This document shows, in pieces, positions 20,644-30,254 of a stretch of 64,000 nucleotides of DNA. How positions within the stretch are numbered: position 1 is the first letter of the stretch; each line of letters starts with the position of its first letter. This DNA is from Pseudomonadota bacterium (GTDB lineage: Bacteria; Pseudomonadota; Gammaproteobacteria; Burkholderiales; Burkholderiaceae_C): NCBI GenBank assembly GCA_049321005.1, contig JBMOQL010000009.1, forward strand, positions 5,455-69,454. The letters are read 5' to 3'. Below the pieces are notes generated by a model. The model was not told where the DNA came from and did not search any database. It saw nothing but the letters and a program-made list of their open reading frames with translations. The position numbers were made by a program, and so were the translations under genes.

Positions 20644-21040
20644 AAGGGCACCTTCGGGAAACCGCCGGAAACGGAGCCGCACGTCGAGAGCCCGGGGCAT
20701 CGCTCTTGGCGGCCCTGCACAGCTGGCGATGTGGCCTTTAGCGCTGGCGCCGTCAAGGGTTGCGACGCGGAGCCGATGAGAGCCACCGCCATGCAGCGCT
20801 TGCGGTCGCTGGTTTCCGCCGGACGTAATCACACTGTCCGTCGTCAGGCAGCCATTGGGCACGAACGCGAAGCGCCAACTTCACCGGCTGCTATACGAAA
20901 TGCTGCAGCCGTATCGGTCTCGCGCCCGAGTCGGCATGTCGTCAACGACCATTTCCTCTCCGCCGCAACTGGAGGTCTCAAGCCTGAGCTACCTAGCAAG
21001 GGCCCCTCCATCCGGGATCCCTGGACTTCCTTACACTAAC

Positions 21041-21060
21041 GCGACTGCACAGATAGTCGC
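21041..21060. promoter_or_regulatory. candidate operator: inverted repeat GCGACT-N8-AGTCGC immediately upstream of the RHH gene
   Basis: Perfect 6-bp arms lie 11 nt upstream of the ATG at 21071. A -10-like TACACT sits at 21032-21037. The layout is reminiscent of C-protein boxes of R-M systems. Confidence 0.35.
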
Positions 21061-21070
21061 GGGGCAAGTC

Positions 21071-21292
21071 ATGACGTTCGATGAAATAAAAACCGACACA
21101 CTAAACCTTCGGGTCGCACCGTCTTTCAAGGCTACTTTGAAGGCCGTGGCCGATGCCGAGCATCGCAGCATGGTGAACATGCTTGAAGTGTTGCTGGCCA
21201 ATTACTGTTCGAACTCACACAGGGCACATCGTTCTGCGGTCAAGGCCCATACACCTTATCGAGCAGCGCCCAAGCACAAGCGCACCCCATGA
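21071..21292 (+). CDS. ribbon-helix-helix (CopG/Arc-like) DNA-binding protein, putative controller of the downstream operon
   Basis: ATG at 21071. TLNLRVAPSFKATLKAVADAEHRSMVNMLEVLLANY fits the beta-strand/helix/helix RHH pattern. The stop overlaps the methyltransferase start (ATGA at 21289-21292). Confidence 0.65.
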   Translation: MTFDEIKTDTLNLRVAPSFKATLKAVADAEHRSMVNMLEVLLANYCSNSHRAHRSAVKAHTPYRAAPKHKRTP

Positions 21293-22305
21293 GCCTGTGG
21301 GCACCTACAAGAACACTACTGCTCAGCCCGATTCCAGTGAAACTGAACGAATTTGACCTGTTGAAGCTCGCTTCAACAGCACACTACTTAAAAGCCAGCC
21401 AGTCTCAGGATGCCTCCGAGCTGCTGACGCACGACTACGCTCTCTGGCAAGGTAGGCTCGAAGGGCTGCTAAAGCTGCTTCCCAATGAGCCGCTCTTTGA
21501 CCTGATCGTGTCCTCCCCCCCGTACAACATCGGGAAAGAGTACGAGACTCGGCAAGCACTCGACAGCTATTTGGAGTGGCAAGAGCAGATCATTGATGCG
21601 CTGGTCCCTCGGCTCAAGCCGGGCGGTTCCTTGTGCTGGCAGGTGGGCACCTATGTCGATGACAACCAGATATGGCCTCTGGACATCGAGTTCGCTCCGA
21701 TCTTTAAGCGCCACGAATTGCAGCTACGCAATCGCGTGGTATGGCACTTTGGCCATGGCCTGCATGCTCAGAAGCGCTTCTCGGGCCGCTACGAGGTTGT
21801 GCTTTGGTACACCAAGACCAAGACCAACAAAGACAAATACACCTTCAATCTGGACATCGTTCGGGTGCCTGCAAAATACCCCGGAAAAAAGCACTTCAAG
21901 GGCCCCAACCAGGGCGAGTTCTCAGGCAATCCGTTGGGCAAGAACCCCGAAGACGTTTGGAACATCCCGAACGTCAAGGGCAACCACGTTGAAAAGACAG
22001 ATCACCCTTGCCAATTCCCCGTGGGCCTTATCGAGCGGCTGGTGCTCTCGCTCACGAACCCAGGGGACTTGGTGTTTGATCCGTTTGCAGGCGTTGCCTC
22101 TGCGGGCGTAGCAGCAGCTTTGCATGCCCGTCGCTTTTGGGGATGCGAGCTGAACGCCGGCTACGCCAAGACAGGCTTTAAACGATTGCAAGAAACCCTC
22201 AACGGCACGATCCGCTATCGCCCCCACAACAGGCCCGTGTTTGATCACACGAGAAGTAGCCTGTCGCGGGCCCCGGAGGGGTACAGAACTCGGGAGGAAG
22301 AGTGA
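21289..22305 (+). CDS. beta-class N4-cytosine/N6-adenine DNA methyltransferase (N6_N4_Mtase family)
   Basis: Motif IV IVSSPPYNIGKEY near the N-terminus and motif I VFDPFAGVASAG near the C-terminus give the beta-class permutation. SPPY is more typical of N4C enzymes. Confidence 0.9.
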   Translation: MSLWAPTRTLLLSPIPVKLNEFDLLKLASTAHYLKASQSQDASELLTHDYALWQGRLEGLLKLLPNEPLFDLIVSSPPYNIGKEYETRQALDSYLEWQEQIIDALVPRLKPGGSLCWQVGTYVDDNQIWPLDIEFAPIFKRHELQLRNRVVWHFGHGLHAQKRFSGRYEVVLWYTKTKTNKDKYTFNLDIVRVPAKYPGKKHFKGPNQGEFSGNPLGKNPEDVWNIPNVKGNHVEKTDHPCQFPVGLIERLVLSLTNPGDLVFDPFAGVASAGVAAALHARRFWGCELNAGYAKTGFKRLQETLNGTIRYRPHNRPVFDHTRSSLSRAPEGYRTREEE

Positions 22306-22757
22306 AGTTCTACAAGTACAGCCACTGTGCTGGGGACAAGTCAGTCCCCAAGAGCCATCAAAAAGACATTGAGGGAGCCATTGCTGCCATCACGATCAAG
22401 CCGGCAGAGGGTGCTGCCACCAAAATTCGTGATTCATTTTTGATCACGATGAAGTCCATGGGCTGGTCGGGCGAGGTTCAAGTCTCAAAGGACTCGGACA
22501 TGACCATCACGTCCAGCAAAGACAATGTGGGGCTGTGTCTGCAAACGGGCAACGTGGCCCGGATCTACGCGGACATCATCAAGCTGCAAGTGCTGTACTT
22601 CGACAACGCGATCAGCAGTGCTGCCATCGTTGTGCCCTCGCAAGAGGTCGCCAAAGCCATTGGTAAGAACATCGCACAAGCCAAACGCCTTGAACGTGAG
22701 TTGGAAATTTTCAAGAAGGCGTACCACGTCCCGACCCTTGTCTACGCCTTGGAGTGA
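22302..22757 (+). CDS. miniature BglII/BamHI-fold restriction-endonuclease-like protein (151 aa)
   Basis: The GTG start overlaps the MTase stop. DNVGLCLQTGNVARIYADIIKL aligns by eye with BglII RDTLVEVQFSNYPFLLNN. AAIVVPSQEVAKAIGKNIAQAKRLERELEIF..HVPTLVYAL aligns with VAIIITKGHMF..YEQAQNQLNSLAE..DVPIRLVGL. It lacks the ~70 C-terminal residues of BglII. Confidence 0.55.
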   Translation: MKFYKYSHCAGDKSVPKSHQKDIEGAIAAITIKPAEGAATKIRDSFLITMKSMGWSGEVQVSKDSDMTITSSKDNVGLCLQTGNVARIYADIIKLQVLYFDNAISSAAIVVPSQEVAKAIGKNIAQAKRLERELEIFKKAYHVPTLVYALE

Positions 22758-24082
22758 GCATGACCGATAACCAGAATGCCCAGATGGCAGCGAGCTCGCG
22801 CTTTGGCTGGCCCAAGCCCAAACGCACCGAAGAGTTTGCCAAGTTGCTGGCCAACCCGCCCGGTGCCACGGATCGCGTCGTGTTCCAAGGCAAGACCATC
22901 GACATTCCGATCATTCGCGTTCCTATTGATCTGCCCAAGTACCGTTTGGTGAACGGCCGAACCGCGTCCTTGCAGTCGGAGTACCTCGCCAAGAATCCCA
23001 AAGCACGAGCTGATCTTTTCAGCGGAGATCCGGAGCTATGGGATGCCCAGGAAGCGCAGCATAACTTACTGCTGCAACTGGCAAAACAAGCCGATCTTGC
23101 CGGCTACTTTGACGACACGACCAACCAACAGGTCAACCCGATCCTGCTCGATGAAAACGGCTTCGTCGTTAATGGCAATCGGCGCCTGGCGACCTGGCGT
23201 GAGCTCTTGCACAAGGAGCCTGGCACTTACAAGCACTTCCAGCACATCGACATTGCAGTGCTTCCACACTGCGAAGAGAAAGAGATTGATCGACTCGAAG
23301 CCAGGCTTCAAATCACCAAGGATATTCGCGCGAATTACAGCTGGGACGCGCAGGCCAACATGATGCTGGCCAAGCAAAAGCGCGACAACTTTTCCAACAA
23401 GGAGTTGGCTGAGCTGTACGACATGAAAGAGGCCGAAGTCCAGTTGCTCTTTGACATGCGTGCCTATGCCGAAGAATTCTTGAAGTCGCGTGCCAAGCCT
23501 AATCACTGGTCGATGGTTTCGGACTCCGAATTCGCCTTCAAGAAGATCGTGGCTGCTCGGGGGAAAATTTCCAGCGTAGGCAAGCAGCAGGTCTTCAAGG
23601 AGGCTGCATTCATCTTGATCGATAAGCCCGAGGAAGCTGGAAGCCGTCTGTACGAAGCAATTCCTGCCGTGCTCGATAGCATTGACGAAGTTCGTACCAA
23701 ACTGCTTGAAGCCTTCAAAGTTGAAGCTGCCAAGCCCGCTGATGATGCCCTGACAGATCTCTTTGGCGGTGTACCGACGGCTGCCGGCGAGGACCCCAGG
23801 GACTTGCCGCTGGCTCAGGAGATTCAGAAGCCCGAGAACGTCGATGCCGCTCGCAAGATCATTGTCGAGGTCATCGAGAGCCAGCGGCAGCTTCAAAAGG
23901 ACGCCAAGAGTGCAAACTATCTTCTGGATTGCTGTGCAAAGGCCCAGGCTGCTCTTGCCGCAGCCGTGAAGGAGGGTTTGCGTCCCGAGTCAAAGCTCGA
24001 TGGCGTGATCAAGCAGCTCGAAGCCATTCAAGCTCAGTCTGAAAAGATTCGAGCCTACGTGGAACAGCATGCTAAGCGTTGA
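22754..24082 (+). CDS. ParB/Srx-like N-terminal domain protein with long helical C-terminal region
   Basis: IPIIRVPIDLPKYRLVNGRT plus NPILLDENGFVVNGNRRLATW match the two conserved ParB N-domain boxes (including GxRR). The start overlaps the previous stop. The C-terminal half is Ala/Lys/Glu-rich and predicted helical. Confidence 0.6.
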   Translation: MSMTDNQNAQMAASSRFGWPKPKRTEEFAKLLANPPGATDRVVFQGKTIDIPIIRVPIDLPKYRLVNGRTASLQSEYLAKNPKARADLFSGDPELWDAQEAQHNLLLQLAKQADLAGYFDDTTNQQVNPILLDENGFVVNGNRRLATWRELLHKEPGTYKHFQHIDIAVLPHCEEKEIDRLEARLQITKDIRANYSWDAQANMMLAKQKRDNFSNKELAELYDMKEAEVQLLFDMRAYAEEFLKSRAKPNHWSMVSDSEFAFKKIVAARGKISSVGKQQVFKEAAFILIDKPEEAGSRLYEAIPAVLDSIDEVRTKLLEAFKVEAAKPADDALTDLFGGVPTAAGEDPRDLPLAQEIQKPENVDAARKIIVEVIESQRQLQKDAKSANYLLDCCAKAQAALAAAVKEGLRPESKLDGVIKQLEAIQAQSEKIRAYVEQHAKR

Positions 24083-25895
24083 CTATCGAGAGGTTGACCG
24101 ACGGGCGGTTTTGAGCTGGGCAGCCCCCGACGAGTCGGCTCCATGGTTCGATGTCATTAAACGCCTGATCCTCGATTCGACCGAAGACGCCAAGCAAGAA
24201 GCCGCGCTCACGATCTCGCTGCCGTGGTGGAACTTCATCGCCTTGCGCAATCGCTTCGGCGAGGTGTGTGCGGGATACAACCTGCTCCCTGGCAGCACCC
24301 TTGGAGTCAGCCCAAAAGCTGCTGACTTGCTTCGCCAATCGCGCCGAGCTACTGACGGCTATCAGCTTGCAATGCAAGCACAGGCAGTCGAGGAGCTGCA
24401 ACTGCGCGCCAAGCTGAAAGAGCTGGGCTTTGCTCGTAACCTCACCGAGAAGCAGGCTCGCAACGTTTGCCGCATTGCAGCACTGCCAGCAGGTGCTACG
24501 TTCTCGGTTCCAGGCGCTGGTAAGACTACCGAAGCACTTGCGACCTTCTTCTATCGGGCAAATGGCGATGAACGTCTACTGGTGATCGCACCGAAGAACG
24601 CCTTCGCCGCTTGGGATGAGCAGATTAAAGACTGCATGCCCCATCTGCAGACGCAGTTCACTCGACTGCGGGGCGGCAAGGAAAAGATTGCCAAACTGCT
24701 TGGTGAAGATCCGCGATGGCTGCTCATCACGTATCAGCAACTCGCTCGCGTCCCGGATTTGGTTGCTGCCCATGTTGCGCAACACAAGACGCACGTCTTT
24801 CTCGACGAAAGCCACCGCATCAAGAGCGGTGTGGGGAAGCAGACAGCGCGAGCCGCTCTGGGCCTTGCTCACTTGCCTGTTGGCAAGTTGATCATGTCAG
24901 GAACGCCCATGCCCCAGGATGCTGAGGATTTGATCCCTCAGTTTGCATTCCTCTATCCTGAAATTCCGAGCAACAAGGACACGGTGGTTGAGCTCATCAA
25001 GCCCGTGTACGTGCGCACCAACAAGACTGAATTGGGTCTGCCGCCTGTGACTCGGGTGATGGTGCCGCTTCCAATGGCCCCCATGCAAAGTGAGCTCTAC
25101 AAGCTCATGAAGTTTGAGGTATCCCGTGAAGCTGCCACGGCGCTCAATACGCGCAGCAAACAGGCGTTTCGGAGTCTAGGTCGCTCGGTCGCACGTCTCT
25201 TGCAGTTTGTCTCCAACCCGGCGCTCTTGTCGTCGGAGATCAGCTTCGCTCACGCCGATTTGTTGGCCGGGGTTTTGGCAGAAGGTGATGGCCCGAAGCT
25301 CAAATACGTCTTGAAGAAGGCCCGGCAACTTGCCCGTGAAGGGCACAAGGTGCTTATCTGGTCGTCGTTCGTTCGCAACGTCGAATACATCGCACAGCGG
25401 CTTGCTGACCTCGGTGCTGTTTACATCCACGGTGGTGTGGATGCCGGCGATGAGGACGACGATGAAACGCGCGAAGGCAAGATCAAGCTCTTTCACGACG
25501 ATCCAGATGTTCGGGTCATGGTAGCCAATCCAGCCGCCGCCAGTGAAGGCGTGAGCCTGCACCGCGTGTGCCACCATGCGCTGTATCTGGATCGGACCTT
25601 TAACGCTGCGCATTACTTGCAATCGGAAGATCGCATCCATCGCTTTGGATTGCCGCCCGAACAGGAGACCCGCATCGAAATTGTGGAGTGCTTAGATTCG
25701 GTGGATGAGACCGTTCGCCTGCGACTAGGCTTGAAGATCGGTGCGATGGCTGAGGCGTTGGACGACTCGTCCCTACGCCCCGACCCTATTGCCCTGGACC
25801 CGACCGACATTGACGACTACGAGGAGTACAGCACTGGATTGTCCTCCGATGACATTGAGGCGTTGCTCAAAGACTTCAACAGGGGGCAAGAGTGA
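24069..25895 (+). CDS. SNF2-family (SF2) helicase/translocase
   Basis: Motif I VPGAGKTTEA, motif II FLDESHRIKS, motif III MSGTPMPQ and motif VI QSEDRIHRFGL are present. It overlaps the upstream gene by 14 nt. Confidence 0.85.
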   Translation: MLSVDYREVDRRAVLSWAAPDESAPWFDVIKRLILDSTEDAKQEAALTISLPWWNFIALRNRFGEVCAGYNLLPGSTLGVSPKAADLLRQSRRATDGYQLAMQAQAVEELQLRAKLKELGFARNLTEKQARNVCRIAALPAGATFSVPGAGKTTEALATFFYRANGDERLLVIAPKNAFAAWDEQIKDCMPHLQTQFTRLRGGKEKIAKLLGEDPRWLLITYQQLARVPDLVAAHVAQHKTHVFLDESHRIKSGVGKQTARAALGLAHLPVGKLIMSGTPMPQDAEDLIPQFAFLYPEIPSNKDTVVELIKPVYVRTNKTELGLPPVTRVMVPLPMAPMQSELYKLMKFEVSREAATALNTRSKQAFRSLGRSVARLLQFVSNPALLSSEISFAHADLLAGVLAEGDGPKLKYVLKKARQLAREGHKVLIWSSFVRNVEYIAQRLADLGAVYIHGGVDAGDEDDDETREGKIKLFHDDPDVRVMVANPAAASEGVSLHRVCHHALYLDRTFNAAHYLQSEDRIHRFGLPPEQETRIEIVECLDSVDETVRLRLGLKIGAMAEALDDSSLRPDPIALDPTDIDDYEEYSTGLSSDDIEALLKDFNRGQE

Positions 25896-26782
25896 TCCCC
25901 TTCTCGCCAGGTCTTGCCCAGGGCTGTTTCGAGCTTCTCGCTATCACTGCGAGGCAACAGCTCACCTTCACAGAGATCAAGAGCTCATTTGCCTATCTTG
26001 GCAGTTTGCCTACTCAGATAGTCGTAGAAACAGCACAAGCACTCAACTGGCTGCAAGCCAGCGAACATGGGCGTGCAGAACACACCCCATCGGGATCACG
26101 GTTGTTTGCAATCCCGGGGTACGAAGCTCAACTGCGCCAAGCCCTGTTGGACTATATAGACATAGAGCACCCTAGTTGGGTGCAGAACGCGAGCTTTGGT
26201 CGCAGTCGCGTCCTTAGCTTTGCTGGAAGTCAAATTGCTCAGGTATTTGCAGAAGCAGGGCTAGCAGAGGGAACCAGTGAATCAATCGTTGCATTTTGGG
26301 ATGCACTTGCCGCTCGTGCTCGTGGTCAACGGGACGACAAGCTCTCCCGGATCGGCCGTTGGGGCGAGCGCCTGACCATCGACTATGAAGCCCAAAGAAC
26401 TGGAAGACATCCAACATGGGTTGCCATCGACAACAACGCCGATGGCTATGACGTGCTTTCGGTTGTTGGGCCGACAGACCCTCATCGACTGACCATCGAG
26501 GTAAAGACCTCGACGCAAGGCACTTCTGGATTTGCCATGCTCACCCGCAACGAGTGGGAAATGGCTGTGGAATCAGAGCGCCACGCCTTTTATCTTTGGA
26601 ATCTGCGAAACCTATTAGAACCCAAGCTTGCCATCGTCAGTCGCGAGACCATGCTCAATCACATGCCACAAGATCAGGGCATGGGGCAGTGGGATTGCAC
26701 CAAGGTTCCGTTTTCTGCGTTCACGGAACAGTTCGCCTCGCTTAACAGTAACAAAGAAACAAGTCGCCTATTTGAACACTAG
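25892..26782 (+). CDS. DUF3883 (NO VEIN C-terminal-like, PD-(D/E)xK fold) domain protein
   Basis: The GTG start overlaps the SNF2 stop. GRWGERLTIDYE..ADGYDVLSV..LTIEVKTST..FAMLTRNEWEMAV..AFYLWNL matches the DUF3883 D...E-x-K core. Confidence 0.7.
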   Translation: MIPFSPGLAQGCFELLAITARQQLTFTEIKSSFAYLGSLPTQIVVETAQALNWLQASEHGRAEHTPSGSRLFAIPGYEAQLRQALLDYIDIEHPSWVQNASFGRSRVLSFAGSQIAQVFAEAGLAEGTSESIVAFWDALAARARGQRDDKLSRIGRWGERLTIDYEAQRTGRHPTWVAIDNNADGYDVLSVVGPTDPHRLTIEVKTSTQGTSGFAMLTRNEWEMAVESERHAFYLWNLRNLLEPKLAIVSRETMLNHMPQDQGMGQWDCTKVPFSAFTEQFASLNSNKETSRLFEH

Positions 26783-26860
26783 AACCCTGCTGCGCGCTGT
26801 GACGACGATGCTGAGTATCGAGGCTGTCCATTGTCCCCTTTCGTCGGTATTGCGGGCGTA

Positions 26861-26886
26861 CCGGCCGTGACCCGTCGAACGGCCGG
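26861..26886. terminator. 8-bp perfect hairpin between convergent DUF3883 gene and glmS
   Basis: CCGGCCGT-N10-ACGGCCGG read directly. There is no U-tract on either strand, so terminator function is uncertain. Confidence 0.3.
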
Positions 26887-27041
26887 TGACGAGCGCCGCC
26901 GTCGCTCAGGATGTCAGCATCGAGTGACTCAGTTCAGTCTGAAGCGGTCATCGAGTGACGCCTTCAACTATGTCGCAAACTCTATTGCCGTGTCGCAGAG
27001 CCTACAGCCCGTGAACAGTTTGCCGCCTGATTTCTTAGGGC

Positions 27042-28925
<1,884 letters not shown>

Positions 28926-29057
28926 GGCTGAGCTCCGACAAAGGGATGCGGCATGCTAGGCGCGGGCACTGAAAGCGGCTATCGTTTTAAAGTCGTATTT
29001 GGATTATCTTTGCAGCGAGCATTCAGCACTGTTGATTCATCCACCTGGCGGTAGTCT

Positions 29058-29594
29058 ATGACCAGCTTTTCTCAATCCGTTGCGCTGGACGCGTCCGACC
29101 TGCGTCTGCTCGCCCTGCTTCAGGACGATGCCACGCTCACGCTGCAGGCCTTGGCGGATTCAGCGCACCTGTCGCCAGCCACGGCGCACCGCCGCGTGCG
29201 CCGTCTGCAAGAGGCAGGGCTGATCGAGAGGCAGGTGGCGGTGGTGTCGCGCGACAAGCTGGCCGCCGCGGTAGGCCGGTCGCTGTCCGCACTGGTGGAG
29301 GTGACGCTCGACGTGCAGGCGCACGAGCGGCTGGATGCGTTCGAGGCCCGTGCAGTCGCGTTCCCCGAGGTGCAGCAATGCTGGCGCGTCTCGCCGGGGC
29401 CGGACTTCGTGCTGGTGGTGGAGGTGGCCGACATGGAGGCCTACCAGGCGCTGGCCCGCGCCCTGCTCACCGCGGACGCCAACGTGCGGCAAGTCCGCGC
29501 CTACTTTGCGACCAAGCGGGCAAAGTTCACCACTGCATCGCCGCTGCTGGCGGCGATGGCGGGGGCGGAGCGCGCCGGGCGGTCGCCGTCATGA
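29058..29594 (+). CDS. Lrp/AsnC family transcriptional regulator
   Basis: LDASDLRLLALLQDDATLTLQALADSAHLSPATAHRRVRRLQEAGLI is the AsnC-type HTH, followed by an RAM-like domain. Confidence 0.85.
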   Translation: MTSFSQSVALDASDLRLLALLQDDATLTLQALADSAHLSPATAHRRVRRLQEAGLIERQVAVVSRDKLAAAVGRSLSALVEVTLDVQAHERLDAFEARAVAFPEVQQCWRVSPGPDFVLVVEVADMEAYQALARALLTADANVRQVRAYFATKRAKFTTASPLLAAMAGAERAGRSPS

Positions 29595-29855
29595 GCCGGC
29601 CCCGGGCCTCAGCGGTGTTCGGCCATGAGGCCGCGGCAGGCATAGCCGGTGAAGCCCATGGGGCGGTCCCGAGCAGGCCTGCTCCCGGCGCGGCGGATAC
29701 CAGGCCCGTGGATGGCCAGGCGGCCAGCGGCCGGCCGCTCGCCCCGCAGGCGCAACGGGCCCTGGCGCCATGACGAAGGGCCCCAGCGGGGCCCTTCTGC
29801 CTTGCGGATCAGCGGCATGACCCGGCGCCAAGCCGGGCAGCGCTGCAGCGATCGC

Positions 29856-30080
29856 TCACTTGCCGGTCTGGTGGCCGATGACGCCGCCCACCGCCGCGCC
29901 GCCGATGGTGCCGGCGGCACTGCCACCGGTCAGCACCGAGCCGGCCACGCCACCGATGGCGGCGCCGGCGGCGGTATTGCGTTGTTGACGGTTCATGTTT
30001 TCACAGCCGACGAGGCCGATGGCCGCGACCACCGCGACGGCGCCGGTGACGGAGCGGATGAGCGAAGACTTGGCGGACAT
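29856..30080 (-). CDS. glycine-zipper (OsmB/17-kDa antigen-like) lipoprotein
   Basis: ATG at 30080. It has a lipobox (IGLVGC) and Gly-zipper repeats (AGAAIGGVAGSVLTGGSAAGTIGGAAVGGVIG). Confidence 0.7.
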   Translation of the reverse strand: MSAKSSLIRSVTGAVAVVAAIGLVGCENMNRQQRNTAAGAAIGGVAGSVLTGGSAAGTIGGAAVGGVIGHQTGK

Positions 30081-30254
30081 GTGGTTCTCCTTTTGTGGGT
30101 GGGGCCGCCACGACGTCAGCGGCTGCCGGACTTCAGCATCGCCGGGGTGCAGCCGCAGCGGCATCGGAGCACGGCGCGGGCGCTTGTGTGACTGCGCCGA
30201 CAAGAATCGGCAGTTTCCCGCCTGTGGCCGGGATGCCGGCCCGCCGGCACCCGG

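Larger units (their letters stand above)
7867..27017. other. accessory (defence-type) island between truncated VOC pseudogene and glmS 3' end
   Basis: The content is entirely R-M/defence-like or orphan genes. The left edge is the abrupt loss of VOC homology at 7866/7867. The right part (20.4-27.0 kb) is visibly AT-richer, with A/T-ending codons unlike the flanks. No integrase or transposase is present. Confidence 0.5.

Noticed and set aside
21015-21020. GGATCC (BamHI site) in the operon promoter region as a clue to the specificity of the BglII/BamHI-fold protein.
   Set aside because: A single 6-mer occurrence is uninformative. AGATCT and GGATCC sites occur elsewhere in the window, including inside the operon. 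No depletion can be judged without counting against a model.
20401-21034. Possible ORF-less group II intron: GTGCGAC at 20401 (5' consensus GUGYG), AGCCGTAT at 20908 (like the domain V 5' strand), CCTTACAC at about 21027-21034 (3'-end-like).
   Set aside because: I could not fold the AGCCGUAU segment into a domain V helix: no complementary ACGG(U/C)U strand and no GNRA-capped 14-bp stem. No reverse transcriptase ORF is present. A 7-mer like GTGCGAC is expected several times by chance in 64 kb.
26783-27041. Intact Tn7-like transposon at attTn7.
   Set aside because: No tnsA/B/C/D/E-like genes are present anywhere in the island. The gene next to the putative right end is the DUF3883 gene reading toward glmS. 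Only the positional coincidence and weak repeats remain, which is reported as a low-interest finding.
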